Origin: Tubiluchus corallicola | Taxonomy: Eukaryota; Animalia; Priapulida | Direction: 5' to 3' | DNA length: 64,000 nucleotides | Assembly (NCBI GenBank): GCA_030141605.1 | Contig: JAQGDQ010000566.1 | Coordinates: forward strand, 1-64,000 | Shown here: positions 13,251-26,514 of the stretch, one piece after another | Numbering within the stretch: position 1 is the first letter of the stretch | Layout: each line of letters starts with the position of its first letter | The notes under the pieces: model-generated | Databases searched by the model: none | What the model was told of the DNA's origin: nothing | The model's input: only the letters and a program-made list of their open reading frames with translations | Program-made: the position numbers and the translations under genes

Positions 13251-13991
13251 TAATGACACGGTACTAACATCGCATAAGAAGGTCCAGCAACTTTTGTTAA
13301 AAAGTCGCATGTTACTTATAGTGTGAAACCAATAATAGACACCAGTTATAGACCCAACAGTAGTTATTTAGTTTTATTTTATTTCTGACATAAAAACACA
13401 GTTGGCATTCAGTTAAAAATACAAAGCAATTACTCTACAATCACAAATACACTACAATGCTACAGTTTAGGTGAATGCACTTATAAAGAACACAAAACAG
13501 AAATTATTAACAAGTAACTAGGTAAAAGAAAAAAATTCTGTGCACAACTATAAACTTGCAGGTCTCTTGATGTCCCATACTTAGAATTACAATTAAGTTT
13601 ATTGATGAAAACAAAACGGCACACAATTTAGACATTACAAAAAGCTGAATAGGGAAACAATTATAGACTTTAGCAATTGGCTGAGTATCATCATACTTTT
13701 ACACAAAAACAGTACATTTAAAGATAAACCCTATGTCTGCCAGCTCCCGCTAGTTTGTCAGTGTGGTGTAAAAATTAATAGTAGAATTAATCATGCATAA
13801 TCGTAATTGTCTGTGTAGACCATTTGATTTGAATATTGTTGTGGTACTTTCCTTTAATCTAGTTAACAAAGCAAACAACTTAGTATTTATTACACACGTG
13901 ACCTATATAAAATTTGACACACTAAAGAAGTTCGTTTCTGATTTTCCGAATGCCAAACTTTCGCATAATAATCATGCAGACCTAGCAGACC

Positions 13992-13999
13992 TATATAAG
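13992..13999 (+). promoter_or_regulatory. TATA box of ferritin gene
   Basis: TATATAAG ~40 bp upstream of the IRE and ~155 bp upstream of the ATG. Confidence 0.7.
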
Positions 14000-14036
14000 T
14001 AAGCTGCGCAATTTTGCACAAACAGATTTGGTCAAG

Positions 14037-14074
14037 GATCTTGTTCGCTTCATCAGTGTGTGAACGAACGAATC
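14037..14074 (+). promoter_or_regulatory. Iron-responsive element (IRE) in ferritin 5' UTR
   Basis: TTGTTCG-C(bulge)-TTCAT-CAGTGT(loop)-GTGAA-CGAACGA: canonical CAGUGN loop, 5-bp upper stem, C bulge and lower stem. Confidence 0.95.
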
Positions 14075-14151
14075 TCTGATTTTCTAACTTGTATTATTTT
14101 AATTTTTTGTATCATACGCTCAAGAAGATTGAAAACAAACAAAAGGAAATT

Positions 14152-14250
14152 ATGTCTCAGATACGTCAGAATTACCACCAAGATTGTGAAGCTGCAATCA
14201 ACAAGCAAATAAACTTAGAGCTGTATGCCTGCTATGTCTACCAAAGCATG
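14152..14250 (+). CDS. FTH1: Ferritin (H-type, cytosolic), coding exon 1 of 4
   Basis: [33 protein letters not shown] followed by GTAAGT donor, phase 0. Confidence 0.96.
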
Positions 14251-14724
14251 GTAAGTTCCAGTATTCACATAATTTAAACACAATAAGTTTTTTTCTTATA
14301 TTTAAATTATTATCACTCAAATGATTTAAGATTAACATAAAATTATTATTATTTTTTATTAATGTTTAAAATATTTAATCATAACAAAAAAACAATTATG
14401 GGATGCTTTTCTGAAACCAATTTGACAAAATCTGCTAGTCAATTATCGATGTGTATTGTTACTGAATATTATTACTAAACTCATTACTAATAAAAATTAA
14501 TTACACCCACGTTTTTACACCAAAGTGTAAAATTAATTACAAAGTTAACTTACGTAAGACTTGACTGTTGACAAACAATAGTTTTTTTTTAATGTGAAAC
14601 CGTAACACTTCAAGTTGTTGCATTTCCTAATGTCTTTGGCCATTTCAACTTTCATCATCGAAATAAATTGAAATTGCTTCAGTTTCATCTTTAATGGCGT
14701 CATTACAATATACCATAATTACTG

Positions 14725-14725
<1 letters not shown>

Positions 14726-14765
<40 letters not shown>

Positions 14766-15005
14766 GTCACCGTCGTCGTCGTCGTCGTCATAATCATAAT
14801 CATCATCGTCGTCATAATCATCATCATCATCATCATCATCATCATAACTAACATCACCATCATCATCATCACCATCATCATCATAATGATCACCATCATC
14901 ACCATCATCATTATCACCATCATCATCATAATCATCACCATCATCATCATAATCACCAACACCATCTTTATTATTATCATCATTTTCATTATTATTGATA
15001 TCATT
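14726..15005. repeat. Degenerate (ATC)n microsatellite in ferritin intron 1
   Basis: Direct reading. Confidence 0.95.
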
Positions 15006-15023
15006 TCAAATTTATCATTACAG

Positions 15024-15170
15024 GCATCATATTTTAATCGGGAGAATGTAGCATTTCCTGGCGCACACAAATTCTTCAAGAAAGCAAGCGATGAGGAACG
15101 TGAACATGCTGAGAAATTGATGAAGTATCAGAACAAGCGAGGAGGAACTATTGTTTTGCAAGATATTCAG
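15024..15170 (+). CDS. FTH1: Ferritin coding exon 2
   Basis: CAG acceptor; [49 protein letters not shown] (ferroxidase EExxH motif); GT donor. Confidence 0.96.
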
Positions 15171-15758
15171 GTTCGTTACTAATAATCTTTAAATTATTGC
15201 TTATATTTAAGCGTAAACAAATTCCAGGCGTAGAATGTTCTGACATGAGAGTAGGCCTACTGATCAAGTATCTTATTCATTTTCTTTTGTCTGAAGCTAT
15301 TTTCTGTCCGGATGTCAAAGTGTGACTGCGTAGAAGAAACTCCCTCATACCTAATGTTTTCAAAATCTAATTATTATTGTTTTATAAATCACAGTTTATA
15401 ACGCAGACTTTTCTCTTGTACTCTGGTATAGGTCCTTCTTCCTCTATAATGAAATGTCAATACCGAAAAATCATGCTTCAGCTATAGAGGTACAAAACAA
15501 GACCAGTAATCATTTTTTTATTATGTATTCTTATTTCACAAATCATTAATGGCAAACGGAATCTGCTTAATTTTACTCCTGTATCACCTGCTATCAGACA
15601 AGAATATTGGTGAAAACAATGACTTTGCAAAAAAAAACACAGACAAAAACAAAAAATAAATCCATTTTTGAAGTGCATTTTATGCGTTTTTTCAGCGAGT
15701 GTAAGAAAACTAGCTCTTATTGAAATGTTAAATTAACATTAACATCATTATAATAATA

Positions 15759-16402
15759 GGCGAATGTAGGAAAGTTTGGTACAAGTAAGTTTGGTAGAGG
15801 TAAATGTGGTACTATCAACTTAAGGTACAAGGCATTTTTGGTATTAGGAAAATATGGTACGGGGAATGTTTAGTACTGAAAGATATTGGTACAAGGAAGT
15901 TTTCGTACTGGTGGTGGTGTTGGTGGTGTTGGTGGTGTTGGTGGTGGTGGTGGTAATCACAACAAAAGAGCGAGCAAGAAACAGACAAACAACAACAATG
16001 ACAAATAACAAACAACAGACAAATAAACAAAGAGGAAACGAACAAGAAAATATGCAACAATATGAGCCTCTATAACTTGTTTAAATACGTTATATAAAAT
16101 ATATTTTCATAGTACCAAACTTTCTCTGTACCGATTTTTGCTAGCACCAAACTTGTTCCGCACCATTTTTACCTTGTACTATATTTACACGTACCAAAAA
16201 TGCCTGACAAAACTTCGTTAGTACTGTATTTACCAGTACCATATTTTCTCTGTAGCAAATTTTCCCAGTACCAAAATTACCGCGCACCAAAAATTCCTTG
16301 TACCTATTTTCCCGGCATCAAAATTTCCTCGTACCAAAATTACCAGTGTAAAACTTACCTTACCTATACCAAACTTACTAGTAGCAAACTTACCGCGCAC
16401 CA
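15759..16402. mobile_element. Foldback-like MITE with arms made of short GGTAC/GTACC subrepeats (ferritin intron 2)
   Basis: Left arm AAGTTTGGTACAAGTAAGTTTGGTAGAGGTAA mirrors right arm TTACCTATACCAAACTTACTAGTAGCAAACTT. Simple repeats in the middle. Confidence 0.6.
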
Positions 16403-16606
16403 TTATAGGTCTATAATTTTAATAGTATTATAAAAGGCTATACAATTTAGGCCTAATGCGACCCAGTCGCCAGTAAATGTTGACTGGAAGTTAAATTTGA
16501 TAACTAATAACTTGGACAGCGTATAATTTCGAAAGCAACCTAAACGAAATAAAGATTCTAGTCTTTCTCCAGTTTTTCATGCACTGAAAATATTATTTTA
16601 TTTCAG

Positions 16607-16732
16607 AAACCAGAGAAAGATTCTTGGGGAACACTGCTAGAGGCACTGGAGGCTGCCCTACAGCTGGAGAAAAATGTGAACCAAGCTTTACTGGACATGC
16701 ATAAACTTGCCAGCAAACACGTTGATCCGCAT
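16607..16732 (+). CDS. FTH1: Ferritin coding exon 3
   Basis: TTTCAG acceptor; [42 protein letters not shown]; GTAAGT donor. Confidence 0.96.
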
Positions 16733-18016
16733 GTAAGTAAATTTCCGAAAGTTGAATGTCATGTACAGAAAGCCTTCACTATTTGATTCATGTTCCAAAG
16801 TCGTTTATTCTGTAGAGAATAATAAAGAGAACATTAACAAGTAAGAAAATGAATGAAATGATAAACAGAAGCTTAGTAATTACAAAGAAGTCAACTTATT
16901 GGCGAAGTACTTTCTCAAATTTCAGAGATTGAATTCATAACTTAATTAAATTATTTAAATTCATGTAACTTACATCGTTGGCTCTTCGTCAAGATTTAAA
17001 ATTTCTCAAGGTACAAAATTTGGTTATAACTAAACGATGTTATTAACTGTAACACAATAACGACAAAAACATTGCTGTGAATAAAAACGTGACCATCATT
17101 GTTCTCCTCCTGTCCTTTCCTCCTCACTCGTAGAGGGCAGCACCTTCCAATATATAGGTGTCGTTATGCATATTGCAGTTACATTGATGCTGTTAGTGAT
17201 GCATTTACGTGTTTTTGTTTCGGCCGTAGATAATAACATTCCGCGAGAAGAACAAACATGACAGTCGACAACCTAACTACACTAGTAAACAAACTAAATG
17301 ATATTTACTAAAGATGTAGTCCAACGCCCTCACAGGGCAAAAACTTATTTTAACATTTTTAGTCTCGTGACCTTGACGTTTGAGCCATTGAACCCCCTCC
17401 CCCCCCCAAAAAAGCAATCGACTTCCAGGCTTTGGACATATTCCAGTGCCACGTTCGATGATTATAACTTCAACCTTTTGATCTTATTGGGTGGACAAAC
17501 CCAGAGACATGCTTTTTTGACCTTGAGAATTTGGCCTTTGAGCTATTAAACCAAAAAGCAACGAATTTCCAGGCCTTTTCCAAACTTTTGCCTTTGCCAA
17601 GTTTGGTGATTATAATTCCACCTGTCTTGATGTTGTTATACGGACGAAGGCGCAGATAAGCGCAAACGAAGATCTTCATCTCTTTGGTGTCTCAAAAGTC
17701 ACTATACACTTCGACTTCTAATTTTCTTTTTAAACTTTTTTCTAATTTCAACAAGTTCTTACATAAATCAAAAGGGCACATTCGTTTCCTTCATTTTTTG
17801 CCTGCAACCCCATTGCTATGGCGACAATAGAAACGCTATTATGCGGAAGTAATTCGAAAACCAGCTTGGCATGAGATGCTTCAGTCACCAACTAAAGATC
17901 AGTGGAAATTCAGAGCACCATATTCTTCTTTCACTGTCAACAATGTAGTTTCATCTTTACTTCTTGAAGAAAATGTTCCTAATCTACAACGCTAATATCA
18001 GTTATTCTTTTTGTAG

Positions 18017-18154
18017 TTGACTAACCACATCGAGGATGAATTCTTGGATGAGCAAGTTGAAACCATCAAGGATCTGGCTGACAAGATTACCAGACTGAAG
18101 CGTTGTGGTCCAGGACTTGGTGAATACATGTTCGATGACGAAGAATTCTCCTAA
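18017..18154 (+). CDS. FTH1: Ferritin coding exon 4 (stop TAA)
   Basis: TTTGTAG acceptor; LTNHIEDEFLDEQVETIKDLADKITRLKRCGPGLGEYMFDDEEFS*. Total CDS 169 aa. Confidence 0.96.
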   Translation: MTNHIEDEFLDEQVETIKDLADKITRLKRCGPGLGEYMFDDEEFS

Positions 18155-18494
18155 ATGTCAGATGTAATCTTACGAATAGCAGTTTGTAAAAACCAATGAC
18201 GATCTGTTCGATGAATTTCAACTTGAATGAATTTTACATAACTGCTTAAATTCGAAAGAAGTTACTGACTTTCCGTAGTTTTGATGATTTTAAATTTAGC
18301 TGTTTGCTGTTTCAATAGTTTGTGGCATTTCTAGAAACTGTTTGGAATATTTTATAATGTAATTAGAAATTATTTGCTTGTCGATTGTCAAAGCTTCTGA
18401 AGGGTATACGCACACTCATTATAATTAACAAATACAGTTGTTAATACTGGGTATCAATATGACTGATGATTAAAATGAACGTCTGTGTGCCTTT

Positions 18495-18500
18495 AATAAA
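18495..18500 (+). terminator. Candidate polyadenylation signal of ferritin
   Basis: First AATAAA noticed downstream of the stop codon, ~340 bp away. Confidence 0.55.
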
Positions 18501-21500
18501 ATTATAGAGACATCAGAGTGATTTAAGCGTTTAAGCCTATTTTCCACGTGCCATCACTATTTAACCTCAGGTGTAAAACGTGCTAATTGCTTTATTTTAC
18601 AAATTTGTCTTTATGCTTTGCAACGAATTTAATATGATATACAAAAAAACGCGTAAACAATATTTGCAATATATTGTAAACAACATATACAATATTTTTG
18701 TTTTTCGGTTGGTTTTGAGTTTGTTCGCCTTGAACTGTTCGCGACTTGAGCCTCAGATGGTCCTCCGGTCACACAACAAACACAGTGGGGGAAGTAGGTC
18801 CTATTTTTACGTGATTTCCGGCATGCATACAAATAAAAAACTGGATCGCAAGTACCTTTGCTTCGCAGGATTTTGCTGCGCGGTGGTTCGCAATACAAAA
18901 ACAGGAAATGTGAAAGTGGGATGAATTGCGTCAGTTGGCCAATGACCAAAATCACAGGAGCGAAAACAGGAAAAATGTTAATTGCCAATAAAACTTTAGC
19001 GCCTTGAACCATTTCTACTCTACAGAAATTAAAGATATTTTATGTAGGTACTACTCATGCAACTTAATGTGTCGTTTAGCAGTAGGTGTAACATTAAACA
19101 TTAGCAGTTGATGCAAGTTTATACTAGTTAAGTACACAATTTACATTGTGTAAAGAATGTGCAATTACAGCTTTGGAATACTTCAGTTAGTTTAATTATC
19201 TATTCCGCAGAGTATTTCATCTGATGACTTTAAATAAAACTATAAGAAGTTGGAAGCTCAATCTGAAGCAGTTCAGAGTAGTCCTATCAGGTAGAAAACA
19301 GTGTGGGTGACCATGCCTACATCGTACACCTTGGTTACTGTACATGCGCACGCAATAAGTGTGCTTACGCACGCAAAGGCCTATTTCACTTGAAGACCGT
19401 ACTACTGTAGCTTATTAAAATAAACCAGTTTTTATTATATTTTGCATTAATTGGTTGAAAACTAGTACAGATAATTGTTTGTGTAAATGACAATCGTTGG
19501 CAAATAAATAACCTGTAAAAAATTAATTTTTATGTACAATAACTTAAAATTTTCAATCTCTTTTGAAATAACCTACACTGTTTAAGTCTCACTTAAGGAA
19601 TATAAAATAAAATTTCAAAATATGAATTTTTACTAAAAAAATAAAAATAATTAAGCTTTTTGAATTAAAAAGTTACGCGTGAATAACTAGCCAATGCAAC
19701 GTTAGATGGCGCCACAAATCAACAAATTGGTTGACGGCTAAAGATTGGTTTCGTACTCGAAGTATTTGGAGTGCCAGGTGGCAAATATCTCTTTTAACCT
19801 CAGAAAAATTATTTGCGTTTATAAGTGAGGAAACGCTTTGATTTCTGACTCCTGGCGTTTTTTAGACTACGCTAAATCTGCTTTCAGTGACGCTCTTTCT
19901 ACCTTCTGTCCTTTTGTCAAAATATGACGTCATGGCTCAACGGGTCGAATCTAAATTCCTATAAGACGAATGAGGAGCAACTTGAAAATAGTAAATTTCG
20001 ATGATTTTAGCATTCGTTATATGTGCTATATTATAATGAGAGTTTTTTTGGGTTAACAATTATTGGACAATGACTGTAGCTGTCTACCCCACCCCTCTTG
20101 AATGTCTCTTAATGGTTGACCTAAGTATTCATTTTAATAGTCCAATATCATAAAGATGTTCTACAATTTCAAACAAATCTAACATTAGGAGAAGAAGAAC
20201 TTACGCTGCTAGCTACAGATAGGAGCGGGTGGATGTTCTAGTAAATGTTAATGTGTCAGAAAATGCCATTGAAAAAGTACCATAAGTTCGGGACTTCCCG
20301 GTTTGACACCCACTACTCATATATTTTATTTTATTCGGCAAGGTGCTCATACATCAACACTGCTCCACCAAGCACCGTCAATGTGAAATGCTTGCACACC
20401 TAATGTGTAACTGGCATTGATGCTGTGAATGGACTTCACCCCTAGTGCACCACAAGTAGTCACTTGGAATATAGTTTGTGCAGCTAAAACACTACGAATG
20501 CTTCGCAGGAAACATCCTATAAAATACCTATACAAACATTTAGAACGGAATGAGTAAACGTCAAATAAATTAACACCTTTACTCAAATTTAGAATTCAAA
20601 TTCAAATTTGCATTCAAAGGAAAAAAAGAAGGACGAGAGAGAACAGGAGAAATGACACCTGATGATTTGATGAACTGTCGTTAAAACAGGTTTTTCAGCA
20701 TCACCTTCCAGAAATTGCGCTTTTTGTCTCACTCGCCTCGCTATGCGTAAACGATCAAAAATAATCATAGCCACGTGTGTGATATCTATTTATTTATTGC
20801 ACAAAACAGATAGGTAAACAATTCTTACATCCACTGATGTCCATCTACGATCACTAATAAACACTTTTATTTATTTTTTATTCAGTTACTTCTGTACAAT
20901 TTTACCATAAAATCAATAAATAAATAATCAGACATACGGGAGAGTAATAAGAAAACTCTGGAAAATGTCACAGGAGATTCGATTGCCCTGTGAGCTCCCT
21001 CCTTTGTGATACTCTCTAGTCAGTAGAAAAGTATATTCATTATAAATGGACCGTTATGCCGCTAGGTATTGCATATGTATGTACGTGTATTATATTCTGT
21101 ATGTTTGACGTAGCACCTAAGACGCCTTGTACGCAAGTTGTGGTTTGTGTGATTGGTTGTGGATCAGACAATGCATGACACACAAAGAGCACGAGTTGGG
21201 GGAGAAAAGCAATGGGCTGCTTGTTCAGTAATTACTGTGCTTCAACACATGTTGAGCAGTGAGTTAGAAGCCAAGCTATCGAAGCATCTGCATCGTTTGA
21301 CTTTTCAACTAATTGCCAGCATCACAGTCTTGTGTGAAGCCAGCGGACAAACCAGGCGTGCGTTCAAACAGAGGATATTCGGTTAACAGAGATTGCTCTT
21401 CGCTCTGTTAATATTTAATTATGCGCATAATGTGAAAAGGCGCATGTAAACACGAACCGACACCGACAATAGATTAACGGAAATATTATGCTGTATGATA

Positions 21501-22128
21501 TAACTAAGTGTGTAATGTGAAGGTGTGTTCGCGTATAATAGTCACAACACATTGTTATCTATATCAAAACAAGCAGTGGTCACATAAAAACTGTATTTTT
21601 GGACAATCAAAGACCAAAGAGACACTGACGCGGTATCAAGTTTGAGTCTATTCTCGTATTTTTAGGAAGTGCGCAGGTACAAAATACGTACAACTTCGTA
21701 ATTATTATTGAAATAAAAAGCAATGATGGCGGTGAGAGTTGAGTGTTCGTTCCCCCTGGAGACAATGAAAATTAGCTTGTGTGGTTGATGACCATCAATT
21801 ATCGAGAAACCCGTAACTCAAAAGCACCTGCGTCGTTACTGAATCATGAGACCTCGACGTCACAATAACTCTTTGGGGAGCACAGTGTCAATAGCATGCA
21901 AATCATTTGGATAGAATTTCTTGCTTTGTCGCGCATAATCTACTATGTAAGAGTGCGACTCAGAAATCTAACGACTGAAGCTGAGACTTGCATCACGTGA
22001 CAAGCTGACGGTGATAATTGCTGGAGGATTGCGAGAAAGGGAAAATGTCGTGAGAGTTAAAGCTGCTGAAGAGCTTTTATATATCGTCTTTAGTGTGGTA
22101 AAGAGGCGGTAAAGTGTGGTAATCAAAG

Positions 22129-22198
22129 ATGTTACAGTTCTGCTTATTCTCGGTCGTTTGCTACCTTTGGGTTGCTTTTCGCCAGCTTTCCATTGCAG
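22129..22198 (+). CDS. Probable signal-peptide exon 1 of the FN3 membrane protein gene
   Basis: AAGATG start; MLQFCLFSVVCYLWVAFRQLSIA+G then CAG|GTTTGT donor in phase 1, matching the phase-1 acceptor at 46695. Linkage across 24.5 kb is inferred. Confidence 0.62.
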
Positions 22199-22222
22199 GT
22201 TTGTAAAAATTTAGTTATTAAT

Positions 22223-22609
22223 AAGCCTTTTCACAGTTCCAGCGATTGATGATGATCGTGAAAGGTGAAAGGTTAAGTGTACCAGACAGCGTATTTGTGT
22301 ATACATGACAACTCCCCACAGCCCATACTGTTGTCATATAACAGTTTTAACAGCTAGCTAGCACCTTACCAAGTTCATTTTTTCTTGTTCCCAAGCAAGA
22401 TCCTGCTAGTAAATAACTCTATGCACCGACTAATGCATAACTAAGTAAAGTCCACGCAAAACAGCTGAAGTTACTGAACTGGTGAGCCAGACGGTTTTAC
22501 TTTACCCACATGTTATGTGACGGTTGTAGTTAAGACGCGTTGCTCTGGTACACTTAACTTTTGACCTACAGCAACTGCGCGTGCGCACAACGAAACTGTG
22601 AAAAGGCTT
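22223..22609. mobile_element. MITE, family unassigned
   Basis: TIRs AAGCCTTTTCACAGTT / AACTGTGAAAAGGCTT plus subterminal IR GTTAAGTGTACCAGA / TCTGGTACACTTAAC. Confidence 0.8.
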
Positions 22610-24532
22610 TATTTGATTATATTATTTTTCTAATATTATCACCAGATTACAGGTGCTTACACTAAACGCCCTATTACAAAATTCCAATTGAGGAAGCAAA
22701 ACAGCTACTTAATCTCACGTTGAATTTACGAAGTACTTTTCTTAAGAAATATAAACTAACTTTTCACTTATTAATATTTTACTTATACCGTACTTCATTA
22801 AAAGATTTGTGGTGTTGAACAAATAACCGAGAGTTTTATGAAGATTTTGGAAGTTTTTTCGGAAGTGGTGCTGACAAGTCCGTGGCATAGCAGCGTCTCG
22901 TTTTTTGCTAGATTACAGCTGTATTTACCTGTCTTGAGGGCAGATTTCTCTCATTTTAGAATTCTATCTGCCCAGTGTCTACAGCAGACGTAATGGGATA
23001 TATGATGATGATGATGATGAAAATTTTACACATTCAGTGTCAGGTAAAAATTGAATGACTTGCCATTTCTTCATCCAGCCTCCAAGTTACATCCGCTTTA
23101 TCAATAGTTTACGAATGTTCTAATATGCAGTCTTATACGGTGTCTTAGGTATGGTCTGTAATAGCACATTTATTTTCATAACGAAGGTTACATGAATGTA
23201 AAACATTTTTATTTTTATTATGATGTCTGAACAAGTGTACATTTCAGCTATGCATTTAAAATGAGATTTTTCGAAATGCAATGCAGGTGAAATAAAAGAC
23301 CCTGCGTGCATTATGCCTTTAGGCACGCATTTTCGCAATTAGCTTATACAAATGCATTTGTTTTGCGAGTCAATACACTACAAATACAGTAACACTCTAT
23401 GAGTGCAATGTGGAAGCAGTACGAGAATATATCGTGCAGCTTCTAATGTTTTGAGAAGCTTGTTTTATTTGGCTTCAGAGGGTCACGTGACTGGCCACAG
23501 CTGATCTTTGCATTCAGAAGCCGCCCAGCAACATTTCGTGTGGCGCTTCAAAGATGCCACTCGGATTAGCTTGACAATTACTTGCTCACCAAAATATGGA
23601 CAATGACCAGTGCTCAATAAATTTGACCACCTAAATTGCACGATTCTGTGAGCAAGTGGTCAGTATAGCAGGCACCCTTGCCTAGATGGACGTCAGTCTG
23701 AGTGTTGCAATGGCTGCAGTCAAATGTGTGGTCATTTAGACGATCACATATTACTACAGCTGTCATTCACTGAATGTGAACTGCTGTAATAACATTTTTA
23801 AAGCACTACATCTACACAAGCATCGCATGCAATGTAGTGTTAAAAGACCCGTAAGACCAGTACATGTAATGTTTTATTTGTTTTCACAAGTTTGATGATC
23901 ATCAACCCATGATACTCAAAAGCAAAAATAAATGTCTAATTTGATTTCGATAGCAGTTAGCGTTGCCGATAATCTCTTGCAGATTTTAATTTTATTTAAG
24001 GAACTTCAGAGTGAAAATAGAAGTGGAAAGGCTTGTAAGTGCCGCTCCGGTACTCCAATGAAGCGTTGTACTAAAAATAGTCACGTGATAGTTTTTTGCT
24101 TTTCTTGTTGATTTTTAGTTAAATTACTTAAAATTGGTTGACATTTGTTTCTTTATCCGCGTATTTAAATGGAAAAAATGCAATTTTTAAAACATAGAAG
24201 ACAGCCAACTAAAGTGGAACAGAGAAATAAACGTTATAGAATTTCTAAGCCACTTTCGTATGGGCTAAGCTAAACCATGTGCATAAAAGGTTGAAAAATA
24301 ATTATGGTACATCAATTTTTTGTAACACCAAATTAGGTAAAAAAACAGTTTGCATCCACCTTTTGCAACAACGCTGTATAAAACGTGAAAAATTAAACTT
24401 CCCCGGTGACCGTTGGGCGCAGCCATTTTAACGGTAAGACTTTTGAAACAGATTTCAATAACATTGCGTAAACTTCGAAAAAATAATCAGAATAGAGTTT
24501 ATGGTGTTAACAATTCGTTTTTTTTGGTGAAC

Positions 24533-24826
24533 CAGTGACGTTTTCCTGTGCACACTGAGATAGTGAAACACTGACGTTTTCGGTGCACACTGAGATAGTG
24601 AAACAGTGACGTTTTCGGTGCACACTGAGATAGTGAAACAGTGACGTTTTCGGTGCACACTGAGATAGCGAAACAGTGACGTTTCCGGTGCACACTGAGA
24701 CAGTGAAACACTGACGTTTTCGGTGCACACTGAGATAGTGAAACACTGACGTTTTCGGTGCACACTGAGACAGTGAAACAGTGACGTTTTCGGTGCGCAC
24801 TGAGACAGTGAAACAGTGACGTTTTA
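24533..24826. repeat. 35-bp minisatellite, ~8.5 copies
   Basis: Unit GTGACGTTTTCGGTGCACACTGAGATAGTGAAACA, head to tail without spacers. Confidence 0.96.
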
Positions 24827-25511
24827 CTAGTTGGCTTGAAAATCATAAAGAACTTTCTTTTCCAGTTATGCATGTTTTTCAAACATGTGAGCGAAACGTA
24901 ATGTAACGTAACTTTGTGTGGAAAGTTTTTGAGACATACTTTTCAATATTGAATTCAATTTTCTTCCTCAGTCGAAACATTCCACAGTCTAGCCTCATAA
25001 CAACTTTACCCATAATTGTAACATTAGTCAGCGCATAAGCAGGCGCTATAAAACTTTCTGTCTAGCATATGTTGAATCACGTTACTGACAATAAAAATCT
25101 ACTAGCTTTGTTCAATTAATAAACTAACGTTTTTCTTTATAATTTTTTCCTTCAATGTTAAGAAACATAATTTAATAAAAAATCATTTGCATGATCATTC
25201 AATCCTACATTATGTGCAAATCACATACCTGCTGCTTTATCACATATTTCAGTGTGCAAGCACGGCGTTTTAAATTGTTAAAAAGTGATAAATATACACA
25301 ATACAAGTACAATGTTAAAGTCTGTGCTGCAAAGCTCTACCAGAGCCTTCCTGGTTGTTTGTGTGCTAAGGAGGTACCTTATTAATTAATTAGCTTTCTT
25401 TATTATGGATAGGTGGTTCTAACTGACTGTGTGCTGACTACGAAAATACTGTAGTATGAGATTATTCAGACCTGTTGTGGCCATATGAGTTCATGGCTCA
25501 AATGGCTAGAG

Positions 25512-25983
25512 CAGGGGTGTGCAAATTATCTGACTAGCCGGGCCACATTAAACTTTCCCGCAATTCCTGCGGGCCACGAACAGTTTGATCAAGGAGCCAA
25601 GTACAGAAAGGCCTAATAACGATCTTTTTGCATCCGACCCGCGTACATCATTACTACTACACCCAAAAAACTATTTAGAAGTTATTAAAATTTATATTAC
25701 AAACCATATATTTCTACTTTCAGGACAGATAGTGGTAATTTCATTGCAATGCATATTAGTAATGTGTTTCACACAGTCTGTGTAGTACAGTGACATTAAG
25801 CTACAAGCGTCTTGTAATGGTTAATGGCATCCGATCTAGTAGAAAAAAGTACCCGCACTACCTTTGGGATCGTGGCACGGACTTCAGCTGGATACACTCA
25901 ATTAATCACCCGGGCCGCACTTTCATTAGGTTGACAAATCGTTTCGCGGGGCCGCACAAATTCTCTCGGCGGGCCACTTGCGG
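25512..25983. mobile_element. hAT (Charlie-like) MITE with truncated right end, inserted in a tRNA-like sequence
   Basis: Starts CAGGGGTGTGCAAA after the 8-mer GGCTAGAG. Multiple GCGGGCC subterminal motifs at both ends. Right TIR absent. Confidence 0.7.
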
Positions 25984-26514
25984 GTTCAAATCCTGGCTAA
26001 CTCACAATTTTACAGACCGTCCTCCTTCTAAATTTGACTAGTGATTATTGGCATTTGTTTGACTTCGCCTTTTATGTATCACTGTGTTGTGTGCAACTAA
26101 CTGTAATAGACAATTTGCTATGTCTGAATTAAAGATGAAATTTGCATAGCATGGTAAGTACCATTGTTCATGCCAGTTTGCTTTGCGTCTTTATTAGAAT
26201 GCTCCGTAGGAAGTTATGATATTGTTTTGCAATCAAGTTCTAATTATAAAGATCTTTACTAACGCGAAAAAAATCATTTTAATATCGCTTGATATGCCGT
26301 AGGGAATTTCACAGCGCTCCGAAGACGAATATCTCTCTTCGTTGGCGTTTCGTACAATATAGTTTCAGCCTGATGCATATCAGAATCGCATACCTAGTTA
26401 TACACTGTAGTGTTCAAGAAACGATATAACTTGACTATCATTTGCAAACTCAAGTAAATAAACCTTTTCGTTTTGTAACTGAAAAAAACTGGCTTACACC
26501 TATGTAAGGAAAAA

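Noticed and set aside
14694-15023. Poly-Ile N-terminal extension on the ferritin ORF
   Set aside because: Intronic (ATC)n microsatellite in frame with exon 2; the true acceptor is at 15023.
24533-24826. 35-bp repeats resembling a CRISPR array
   Set aside because: Units are contiguous with no unique spacers, there are no cas genes, and the context is eukaryotic: a minisatellite.
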